Assembly: GCF_009834535.1 (NCBI RefSeq)
Contig: NC_045697.1
Coordinates: forward strand, 13,084,001 to 13,148,000
Direction of reading: 5' to 3'
Origin: Camelus ferus
Lineage: Eukaryota
DNA: 64,000 nucleotides
Shown here in pieces: positions 53,429-64,000 of this stretch. Position numbers and translations under genes: made by a program. The notes under the pieces are model-generated. The model ran no database searches, had not been told where the DNA came from, and saw only the letters and a list, made by a program, of their open reading frames with translations. How positions within the stretch are numbered: position 1 is the stretch's first letter; the number at the start of each line of letters is the position of its first letter.

Positions 53429-53443
53429 ACACTAGATGGCGGC
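53429..53443 (+). promoter_or_regulatory. Candidate CTCF site
   Basis: ACACTAGATGGCGGC vs the CTCF core CCASYAGRKGGCRS, one mismatch at position 1. Confidence 0.35.
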
Positions 53444-54541
53444 ATGTATGAAAAATTAAATTGGAGTAAGCCACTGTGCCAGGTAAAAAAAAAAATCAAA
53501 GGAGTCTTTCACAACAATGACTTGCTTTTTTTCATTTGGTCGGTTATACATTTTTGTTTGTTTATTCTTATGGTTTCAAAAATAAATTTTTAAGATATCG
53601 TAAGGAAAAAGAGACAGGTGGAAATATATTTATACGCATTTCTCTTGTTCTATAGGTAAGGTCATTGAACACTTTACTCTAGAATATCCACATGCAGATA
53701 GGTGTTTGCTGAAAGGAGATGTTTTTGAAAGAAACTCGTTTTAAATGCATTGCTTGACATTTAGGTACTAAGGATTCCAGAAACAATTGAACTTTAAAAA
53801 AAAACATGATAATGGATATAATTAATTGAGTGCCTAGGGAGGTTCAGGGTTAAAAACTGTTGTGGGTGTCACCTCATCATGTTTTTCAACAATCTAACAA
53901 GGTGGGTATATTTTTGGTCTTGTTTTGTATATGAGGATGCAGAGTTTTACAAGGCTTAAGAACTGTGAGGTTACATGTGTAACTGAGGAAGCTGAGTTTC
54001 AAATTTTAAATCCAAATCATTCTGAGTCTCCACTGAAATTTTAGCCATTTTGTTGTACAGATTCTTAAATCACAGATTTTAACTACTTGATTCCTGTAAA
54101 ATACATAATTTTGAGACATAGAGATAGTAGCAACCGATGTTGAATATGAGGTAGAAATGGTTTGATTTGCAGATTGGAATCAAATTATTTACAAAAATTT
54201 TGAAAATATTGGTCTCTTAATTATCCAGAGAAAATATTTGACTCTTTTGACTTTGTTAGATAAGGAAAGTCAATTAAAATTAATTGTTTTATTTTTCAGT
54301 TGTTTTAATTGCTATTCTAGATTGACTCAACCAGCTGTTTGTGTAAATGAAACTCTTAACATATTACAGAAGAAACAGATTCTATTGTCATTATCCTTAA
54401 AAGTCAGTAATTCATAAGATTCAAGAAAAAAGAAAAAGCAAAGAATCCACTGATTTTTAATATAGACACAAGTTGCATAATTTAGATTGTATGTAAATAG
54501 TATGTAGACTTCTAGCTTTTACATTTTCAGTATTTGAGTCA

Positions 54542-55121
54542 TGTTGAAGGAGGATTAATAAAATGGCCGCACTTAGGCTAACAGATTGCTTATTCTTATG
54601 CTCGCCCTTAAAACGGTCAACTGACCAGTTGCTACTCACAGTTCCAGGCCTATTGTTAAAACTAAAGCTATTGATCTTACTGTTCTACTTTATTCCAGTA
54701 ACTGAAAGTAATAATCAAGCTTGGTCTCTGAGTCTCTGTCTAAGGAGAAGGTCACAGGACTGTAACCTTACAAAATAGCCTGAATTACCAAGGAGACTAC
54801 ACCTTGAGTGCTCATGAGATAAAGAGATCTAACCACTGGCCTCTATAGAATTGGTCCCCTGGAGTTGTCATTTCTCCATTCTAAGTCTTCTGATGAAAAA
54901 TGATTCTGTTGCTTGTTATCAATGCTTTATTGTTAGAGCTCTGGCTGTATAACCACCCCACCCCATCCCCAAGGTGGGTTCACAGTTTTGAAGGCACTAG
55001 CCTGCTGTGGGTCCCCTTTTCTCAGCAAAGCAATAAAATTGCCTCTTTTCTTCTAAGCTCCAAGACCTTGTCTCTGGGTTATTTGGCTCATCAGGGATGG
55101 GGGACCAAACTTTTGGCAACA
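54542..55121 (+). mobile_element. ERV solo LTR (different family)
   Basis: TG..CA ends 'tgttgaagg' and 'ggcaaca'; TATA-like 'tgtataacc' at ~54946 and AATAAA at ~55033; no clean TSD. Confidence 0.65.
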
Positions 55122-55777
55122 ATGCTACAAAATATAACATGTAAACTTTAAAAAAAAATGTGTATTTTGATGCTAAACTCCCAAAAGCTGATACTCTCAT
55201 TTTAAAATGACACTATGTTCACAACTCAATTGTATACTCTTGTGTAATCATATTAATATTTTAAATTATGAAAACTAACTCTGCAGCCAAATCCTTATAG
55301 AATCATGAGAAAAAATTACTAATTGTCAACATTTTTTTTTTGTAGTAAAAGATAGAGTGAAGGAAGAAAGCAATCCCATTCAGTTATTTAATTAGAAATT
55401 TTCCATGTCCCAGCTGATTCAGTATTTGCATATATCATTTACATGTATCAATGTTTTGTCTTAATTTGGCAGGTAAAAATAGACCTTTTTACATGAAATT
55501 ATAACATCAATCTGTTGGACCCATTTAAAACATCTTATCCCAAATTGGTAATACCCCATGTAGAAAATTTTTAAAATATGGAGAAATAAGTATTATTAAA
55601 ATATCCATGCTCTTCTCAATCTACAGATAAGTATTATTCATGCTGAGTATATTTTTCTTTTGTGTTTTCTTGATGTGTTAACACACATGTACATAAAAAC
55701 AGACATACATATATCACGTGCACACCCGTATGTCTAAAAATTGGAATGACATTAAATAAAAAACTTAGATTCTGTAG

Positions 55778-56277
55778 TGTCGACTGAAATAAATGCACAG
55801 CCTAAAAGTTGAGAGTTATGTTTTATTTGGTGGGCATTTCTGAGGACTCGAACCCCTTTGAGCCCAGGATAACAGCCTCTCAGATGGCTCTGAGGGACTG
55901 CTCCGAAGAGGTAGGGGATGAGCCAGGATATATAGGAGCTTTACAACAAAGACCAGGTAGTTGGAACATTAAAAGATTACTTGTTAACTAAAGAAAACCA
56001 GGCATCTCAAGTTAAAGAATTTAGCGCTTTACAATGTATGGGAGGAAGCAAACATTTGGGCTCATTGAATTCATTCTTTTGACAAGCACCTAGCTATCTA
56101 GGGCCAGTATCCTGTCCTTTCTTATTCTGAGTCTCCTCAGAGGGCACCATTGTGAGTGGCTGCAGAGGCTGGGCTGCAGGCTTGTCTTCACTGGGGGGTG
56201 TTGCGGCAGCGGCTGATGACATGATGATTTCAGCATTCTTTGTTTACTGATATTGTTTGCAGTATTTTTTTTTTACA
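55778..56277 (-). mobile_element. ERV1-type solo LTR (500 bp), copy B, inserted in an old L1
   Basis: Reverse complement of copy A; perfect 4-bp TSD GTAG at 55774-55777 and 56278-56281; intact AATAAA. Confidence 0.93.
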
Positions 56278-56281
56278 GTAG

Positions 56282-56810
56282 GGTTTTTTAAACAACAGTA
56301 TTTTGTGTGCACATTCCCTTGGCTATAAATAGTCTTTAAGAAACTATATGATGCAACATTGTATTCATTTAACAAAATCTATTTAAACATCCTCATAGAG
56401 ATATATACGCAGGTTTTATTCTATTTTTTTGTAATAAATAATTGCAGTAACAACTTTATACATATATTTGAGTGTTTTTCTGAGTATTTCTTTCAGGTAG
56501 ATGCCTAGACATGAAAATACTGGATTACAGGATGTGAACATTTTTAAGATTCTTTGTCTATATGCCCAATTGCTTTCCAGAATTTGTGTATCTACTTTTA
56601 TTTCTACGGTAGCTTGTGAAACAGCCTTCCCTAACACACACTCAGCAAATCTTAGCATTTTTATTTTTAAATTCTTAATCAAATTGATGTATAAAAAAAT
56701 AGTATATCATTATTTGAATTCCCAGGTCTGGTTACTAGTACAGATGTCTGTATTTTCTCCTTGTGTTTCTTTTGTGCATTGGCTATATTCATGTTCCTTT
56801 TAGGCAACTT
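56282..56810 (-). mobile_element. Ancient L1 (L1ME-like) fragment
   Basis: 'tttctttcaggtagatgcctag..ctggattacaggatgtgaacattttta..gcccaattgctttccagaa'. Confidence 0.6.
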
Positions 56811-57125
56811 TATTGAAACAAACATAAAAGCAGCATCAAAACAACATGGTTGCCATACAACCACCAATCAGCTTGAAGCCAGCTTAGCTCTTTTTGTTTA
56901 GAATATGAATAATGTACAAAAGGATGCTGAAAAAAATTACCTCTAGGGTAGAACACCAATGCTAATAGTATTATTGTTTTTCAGGGAAAAAATTTTAAAA
57001 GTGTGTTTGCTACTTCCCTTCTATTCCCTTGGCTAAATTTTGTTTTCATATTTATTCAGTTAACTTAGGTATTTTTAGTGCTTCTCTGGATCACTTTTTC
57101 CAGTTCACCCAGATTAATCCTAGAA

Positions 57126-57381
57126 TAGAGATGCCAGATTTAGCAAATACAAATAGAGAATATCCAGTTAAATTTGAATTTAGAATAAACAAAAATGACA
57201 TTTTTAGTATATGTGTATCCCCAATATTGCATGGAACATTGTTAAACTGAATATATATACACACATGTGTGTGTGTGTGTGTGTTTGTGTGTATACGTAT
57301 GTGTGTGTGTATCTATATATATTCATTGATTAGTTGAACTTCAAATTGAACTGGCACCCTGTGTTTTATCTGGGAACTCTA
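57126..57381. mobile_element. MER53 palindromic hAT MITE with internal microsatellite
   Basis: TIRs tagagatgccagat / atctgggaactcta; 'ccagttaaatttgaattt'; imperfect 8-bp TSD tcctagaa/tcctggga. Confidence 0.85.
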
Positions 57382-59619
57382 TCCTGGGATCATCATACCC
57401 AAACTGGGGCATTTGTCCCCACTCTCCCTAAGGTAGCTGTTGACCTACCATTGAGCTTTGATGAATACAGAACTAGTAAGAAATAGATAAGGACTAGTCA
57501 TACTTTGACTTTCCCTTCCATTCCTGAAAACACGTGTTTTCAGACTCTAGAGGAATTTTATCCTCAGATACATATCTCAATCCTATCTACCTATTCCCAG
57601 AAGGAGCCAGGAGTACTAACCTTCCTCAGTCCGAACTGCAGCCTGGAAATCAAAAGGTGTTAAAGACGAGTCATCTAGAATGCCACAGTTTCCATTTCAA
57701 TGATGCAGAATGCAAACATTCTTGAATGGCTACAATATTTAGCTTTTTTTTTTTTTTTACACTTTCATGTAAAATCCTTATAATGGTCTCTCTTTGCCTA
57801 GCACACAGCACAAATTACATTTTCTGCCCAAACTTCTGTCGGTGAAAGTGAAACTATTATCACTAGCGAGAGCATGGTTAGACTTTTATTTTAATTCAAC
57901 CTAGACAAAGCAACCAATTAAAAACTGAATATTTAAAAGGTTAGTACATACCAGGCACTATGCGAAGAGTTTATCAGTGAGATGAGGTTTCACGTTATCT
58001 CATTTAATTTTCAGCTCCTTGGAGTCATCTTATGCTCCCAGGCTTTCCATCATGTTTCTCTCTCTGCCCCTTTTTACATCTATCTTCTCGCCACTTCTCT
58101 TTACCCTTCAACATCTAGTCCAGGCACCATTTCTTCTAGGTAGCCTACCAGACCCAGTTTAGCTGGCTTGAGGGATGTCCATCTGTGCTTCCTCAAACCT
58201 CTTTGCTTCCCCCTGTATTATAATAAGCCTTGGCTGCATGCACTCCAGAGCATCTCCCAGGGGCTTGTCACACTGGTGACCCCTTCCTTGGATAACAGTC
58301 AACCCCATAGACCCCCAGGTGGAGGTTTCCCACACATAAGAGGCAATCTACCTTATATGGTGAACCACAGTCCATCCACAGTTGATTGAGATGAAGAGAT
58401 CTCTCACTGATGAAGCCTGGTCTATGGGTTGGCCTGACAAATTTTTGTATCAATGCTTTTCAGAGAGTCTACCAAGCTAACTGAATTAATTGAATTATTT
58501 CTAAGAAAATCTGAAGCAGACAAGGAGAATATAGTTGGGTCCTATTAATACTAGATCTCTGAAGTGAAGTGTAGTAAACTCTTATTGCTGCTGGGGGGTT
58601 GGAAAGAAAACTCTGTTACTAAAGAAACTTGGAAAACTTTCACCCTTAGTTGTGTAGCAAAGTCGTCCTTGACCCCTAGACGACGTTCAGCCTGCTGTTA
58701 CATGCGCTCATGTTCATGTCACGGTTTTGAACTATATATTTAGAGGCATGATTTATGTCTTCCATTTCTATACAGCTGTAGAAGGATGAGATGGATTTGC
58801 ATCTCCAGTGAAGGCACTCCAAAAGATATACAGCTCAATGAAGTTTGAATGAACTGTGATTTTCACCTTTTTTTGTCTCCAAACAGCTGGCAAACGCCAG
58901 CCTCCTACATTTTATTTAAAACAAGGATCTCTCTGCTTAGATTGGCTTTAGAAACAACTGCTGAAATATTGCCATAAGTTAAGCCCTGGTTCACATTCTG
59001 CCTCCTTCCACTCGCCCTCAGGGATATTCCTAGACAAACAGGATTCTTGCACCTGTAAATTCAGGTCTTTGTTTTTTTTTTGTTTTTTTTTTAAATGTGG
59101 GTTATATGTTCTCTTTTATTGTATGAACAACATCCATTTAAAAATAGAAAAGAAAAAAAAGAAAAAGGAAAACAACTGTAATAAAAAAAGAAAAGAAAAT
59201 CAGTAACTTTAAGAGCAACAAGAAGAAATTACCATGGAAACACAAAAGAATAAGTGCTATATTCTTACAAAAGTGATTAGGAAAAGCTTAATAAATGAAG
59301 TGATATTTTAAATCAATCAACCAATCAATCAACAACTTCCTAAAGAAAGAGATTAAGTCATCTCTAATCTACCGTAGCAGTATCACAGACTCTCACCTCA
59401 GTGTATGTGGTATGTTTTTGACTGAAAAAATGTCGAAAAATTGAATATGATCCAGTCTTTTTTTGTTTTTAAATGGAGTCTTTGCTAGAGGTAATAGGGT
59501 TTCAGAGCTCAAAGGAGCTGAATAATTGAGTCTAATTTTCTAGGTTTATAAATTAGGCTGAAAGTCCAAAGAGGTTGTGACTTATCAAGTTAGACCAGCT
59601 GGGTTATTTTGCATAATGA

Positions 59620-60400
59620 TAAATGTTCTGAAGGCAATACATCAGAGCAATAAGACAGATAGTCACTCAGAGAGGCTGAAGGAAATGACAGAGTTGGGGG
59701 AATCACTGAAAGCCATTTGAACTGAGAGCAGAGTTATGAGAAAGTGCTCACTGTGCCTTACATGAGGGCAAAAGCATTTCAGGCGGAGAGTATGTAGCAT
59801 ATACAAAGGTCCAGAGGTTAGTAACAACTTGACCTGCTTAAGGAACAAAGAGAAAGAGAAACTAGAAGTAAGAGTTAAAGCAGAAAGAACTGAAGTAGAG
59901 GCGAGATGAAGGAAGGCCTCGTAGACTGTGGCAAGGCATTTGGGTCTTATTTTAAACTGAATGAAAAGCCATTGGAAATTTGTATATATTTGCATATACT
60001 TATGTAAATCCATTATACATTTTTTACACATTTAATACATTTATACTTTTTATATTTATATATGTATGTATTTATAGTGCACACATTTTTATATACTTTT
60101 ATACATTTATAAATATTTATTAAACTTCTCCTGTATACTGAGAATTACGTGCAACCATTGCAATCAGACATGATTTAGGCAAGGCCTCTGCTCTCTAAAA
60201 CTTCACAGTCTATTGGAGGAACATACCTAAAAACTATATATTTATAACAAAATGTAATCAGTGCCTTAGAGGAGGTAGGTTAAACTGCTAACTCTATAAG
60301 GACAGAGATATCCTCTGACTTGCTCTTTTCTGTATCTTCAGCTCATAACACAATGTCTAGCACACAGTAGGTGCTTAATAAATGTCTATGAAAGGAAGTA
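59620..60400. mobile_element. L2 fragments with an AT-rich low-complexity insert (59985-60120)
   Basis: 'gggcaaaagcatttcaggcggag..caaaggtccagagg','atgaaaagccattgga'; 'tctagcacacagtaggtgcttaataaatgt'. Confidence 0.6.
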
Positions 60401-61169
60401 AGGGGAGAGGAAATACAATAGTTAGGTAGATCAGTAGCAGGTGCAGATTCTGTCCTCTAGGAATTAAAATACCTCGAGCGAAGTTTTCCTGTTTGCTTTT
60501 CACAAGGGCTTATTCTGTGAAATGACAGAAAGTTTGCTTAATCCTCATTTTTCCCTGCACAAGTCAGTTCCTGCAGTTACTGAGGTGCTGTCATTTTTTC
60601 TGGTATGTGTAGAAAAAGCTATCATGGATGTCCCGGGTGGGATATTACATCAGACAGTCAACTTCTCTAGAGCTTGGGTGACACAAATGGACCTCCAAAT
60701 GCCGGGAACTTGCTTGACAGACTTTGTGCACGTGCCAGCCCGCCTGACAAGAGCTTCATCGTGGAGAGTATGGGTGATGGTGATAAAGTGGAAGGATATG
60801 GTAGAGTGGGGACACTGTGACTAGAGTCACTGAAGAGAACAGAGCCATCGAGCAGGGGGAAGATGACAACAAGGAAGGTCTGAGAATTACAGGGTGATCT
60901 TAAAAACTGCATACTTGTCTTGAATAAGTAATCAGAGAAAAGTTACTATTGGTATAAAGCTTGAACTACCTCCTTCCAGAAACCAAGTAAATCCTGGGAA
61001 GGCATCTCTTTTGTTTGTGATCAAGTCACTGTGAGTGTCTTAGGTGCTCAGAAGCAATCACACAATAGGATTATTTACCACTGTTTCCTTCTTTTCCCTC
61101 CAGTAACACTTTTGTAAGGGCAGCAGCAGCTCTATTCTGGGAGGCGGGCTAGAGGGAAGAGTGTTTATA

Positions 61170-61330
61170 GACCCTCAGAACTGGAAGGGCATTTAAAGAT
61201 CATCTGTTTCAAAACTTTTACCCGCAAACAAGGCAACTGAGGTTTAGAGACGTCAAGCGACTTGCCAAGGTCACTTTGTTGTTTCACAGCAGAGCCAGTC
61301 ACAGAATCCAGGGCTCTTGATTCCCAGGCA
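61170..61330 (-). mobile_element. MIR/MIR3 SINE
   Basis: 'caactgaggtttagagacgtcaagcgacttgccaaggtcac..agaatccagggctcttgattccca'. Confidence 0.75.
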
Positions 61331-63159
61331 AAAATATTTCTACACAGCAGTGGAGTCCCAGCTGCTTTTTCAGACATAGTGACCTGAAGGTGGTTTGTCC
61401 TGGGGCGGATGGAGCCCACAATGGTCAGGCAGCTCAGATTCTTCAGCCAGTTCATTCTCTAATAGCCATGTTTGTTGTTCAAGTAAAAGGGTAAATAAAC
61501 GTGAATTGGCTTAAGGGTGGAGATTGAACAGTTAGTTGAGAAACCAAAAATCCTTACTAGCCATCCTCATGGATAATCTGAACTGGCGTATTTTACTTAT
61601 CACATATGGCAACTTAGAGTTGAGCTCACCTCATGCAAATCTTAAAAGCTGTCTGGATGGTAGGTATTAAATAGTCACTATGTGGTTAACCGAGTATGTT
61701 ACAAAGCAATGAGAAACCATGGGATGGGCAATAGATTTGGCTTCAGACATACCTGTTTTCCAACCTCTGCTCTGCTCCTTCTAAATTCAGAAAATATGGG
61801 GGGGTTAAGAGTTTCTTTGTGCCTCAATCCATCCAGTCTAAGATGGTATTAATGCTCTGAAAAGGTGTTTTAATGACTGGTTATCTTCTACAAAATGATA
61901 AAATATACACAGACACATATACACCTATGTTCAGGGCAGTCAGTGGTAGATTTTAAAATATTACTTTATAATCACTATAAAATTAAAGTAAAAATTAAAA
62001 TTCTGGATCAGTATCCATATGGGCAATACGGTTTGGGGTCCTGCAGAGTTTGATGCTTTACAAAGTGAGCTTTCAAGTTATGAAGTTCTACCTTCTTGGT
62101 TCTCTTCCTTGTCAACTATTTGAACACTGGGTAAGTCATCTAAGTATGCTAAACTTTCCTTATTATTAAAAAAGAAGGGGGGAGGAATGGGGAGAAATGG
62201 GAACTTAGTGAGTAAATGTTGTGCATCTTAATTAGTTATCCATGCCAGGACTTAGCACTTGCCTGGCTCAGTTAGCGATAGCTATGGCTATTATCATCAC
62301 CACGATTACTCAGCTTGTCAGACTTGGCACCTTTGAGACTGGGTGTTATACAGGGAAAATCATGACCTGGAGACCAAGTTTCACTCTCTGACTCTTTTTT
62401 CACTTTTCATGATCACTGCTGTTCTCCCATCAGGAGGGCGGTTAATGGAGATGGGGCTAAGGCATCATCGCAGATGACTCAGAGACTGACTACGTCACAC
62501 ACAACAGCCCATGAAGAAACAGAGTCACTTAACAGGGTTTGTCTTGTATCAACAGTCCCAGGTCTTTCTGAAGACAATGTATGAACACTATACTCTTCTC
62601 TTTCTATAATGCCCAATAAAAAAAAAAAAGTGCTATAACTGACAGAAAGCATATTACTATCTTAGATCTAAAGTACATACAGAGGATATGAGAATAGCTC
62701 CTCTCTTCATTCTCACATGAAGAAACTGAGCAGACAGCCTTCCACACTAGTTAGGGGCAGAGCTGGAACTAAAATTAAGGATTCTCCTAAGACCTTTCCA
62801 TACAATCAGGCTGAAGTGATATTTTTCTGTCTTCTTAAACATTCAATACTAAATATAATGAAGTTCCATAAATAATGAAATGTTTAATTCCATGAATGTA
62901 TCTTCCTTCTGAAGATACTTTGTGAAAGTTATTTATTCACACATTGAATTCAGGACCATGAGCAGGTTGCAGACTGAAATTATTAACCTCTATCTACAAG
63001 GAAGGGCATTATAACAGAAGAAACCAAGGATTGAGACCAATTTCAAAGCAATTCAGGGAAAAATGAAAAGCTTGGGCTCGGAATTGCTACATATCATGTC
63101 CCAGATGAATCCCCTGTGCCCATATTCCTTTCCCTCAGTAGAGAGGATAGGACATGTGA

Positions 63160-63350
63160 AAAAGACCATGGGCTTTAGTGCCAGAGAAACTTGGACTACA
63201 AATCCAGTCTCATCACTATTTGTAGAATATCTTAATCCTCAGTGTCCTCATCTGTAAAATGGGGATAAATACCCACTTCACAAGCTTGCTCCAAAGATTA
63301 AACAGAATATAAAATTAAGCAGCATAATGATGTGTTAAATAATGCCAGCT
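63160..63350 (+). mobile_element. MIR SINE
   Basis: 'cctcagtgtcctcatctgtaaaatggggataaatacc'. Confidence 0.8.
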
Positions 63351-64000
63351 ATCTTCCCTTCTCCTTTTCTTTAGTATTTGTGGATTCATAGCTTTAAAAT
63401 GTTAGCTTCCCCTTTCCTGGGAGGGTTTGCTTTTCTTAAGAGCCATTCACAGACAGCATTCTTTGCAAGTGCTCCTTTGAACTGCTAAGTGGTCCACCTC
63501 AGTGACATGAACCACGGCAGCCTTTGACTTGCATTATCATGTCTGTGATCACCAACAGCTATTTGGCTTCTGTTCAACGTATGGTCATATTTATGATGAT
63601 ACCTTTAATTCAGGTCTCAAGGGAAATACGCCTTTCCCATTAAACACATCAGTGAAAAAGGACATGAAAAACATTAGTGTCAGAGTAACTACAAAGGAGT
63701 AAATACTACTTAATTTTCACCTGAGAGATGAGAAACTAAACTCAGTACCTTACATTGAAAACCTTTGGCGTTCCATAGTAAATTTTTCAAATATCAAATT
63801 TCAGTATTATTGTGTTGATTGAATTTCCAGAGACTGGCTCTGTACAGCTCTAAGAAAATTACTAGAACTAGAGGAAACACTCTGAAATTCGAGTAAGAAC
63901 AAATTAAATGATGTAAAACCACCAAATTTATTTTTGGAGGAGGTCCTCAGAATCATTATGTCCAGTGGTAGGCAAATCTCCACAGAAAAACGAGAACACA

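Noticed and set aside
51876..56277. Single provirus or DNA transposon with 500-bp terminal inverted repeats
   Set aside because: Each copy has its own TSD and TG..CA ends; the spacer is ordinary genomic DNA (MIRs, another LTR, L1) with no gag/pol or transposase
60522..60912. GC-richer ORFs / possible exon after ctctag at 60670
   Set aside because: No recognisable protein and no good donor before the stop codon
1..64000. CRISPR arrays, tRNA/rRNA/snoRNA genes, CpG island, processed pseudogene
   Set aside because: No regularly spaced repeats, cloverleaf, convincing box C/D pair with terminal stem, CpG-rich stretch or recognisable mRNA copy seen by eye; an Infernal/BLASTx search would be needed to exclude degraded ones

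Overview
This is AT-rich, CpG-depleted eutherian mammalian genomic DNA. It is most likely from a camelid, judged from the recent LINE-1 3' ends and the absence of any Alu, BovA2/Bov-tA, PRE1 or CAN SINE that I could recognise. I see no CpG island, no convincing host coding exon and no RNA gene, so it reads as a large intron or intergenic region, and I cannot name the locus. The window is dominated by transposon relics: four lineage-specific L1 3' fragments (two with clear TSDs), older L1M/L1ME pieces, many MIR/L2, MaLR and ERV solo LTRs, and hAT MITEs. The most distinctive structure is a pair of 500-bp, ~94% identical ERV1-type solo LTRs in convergent inverted orientation 3.4 kb apart (51876-52375 +, 55778-56277 -). 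Each has its own 4-bp TSD, and they share two perfectly identical tracts >100 bp, suggesting gene conversion. Other leads are recursive-splice-like YAG|GTAAG sites, developmental enhancer-like motif clusters and a MER53 with a nested hairpin. Repeat family names come from recall of consensus sequences, not a search, and boundaries of old repeats are approximate. I found no evidence of a novel protein-coding system.
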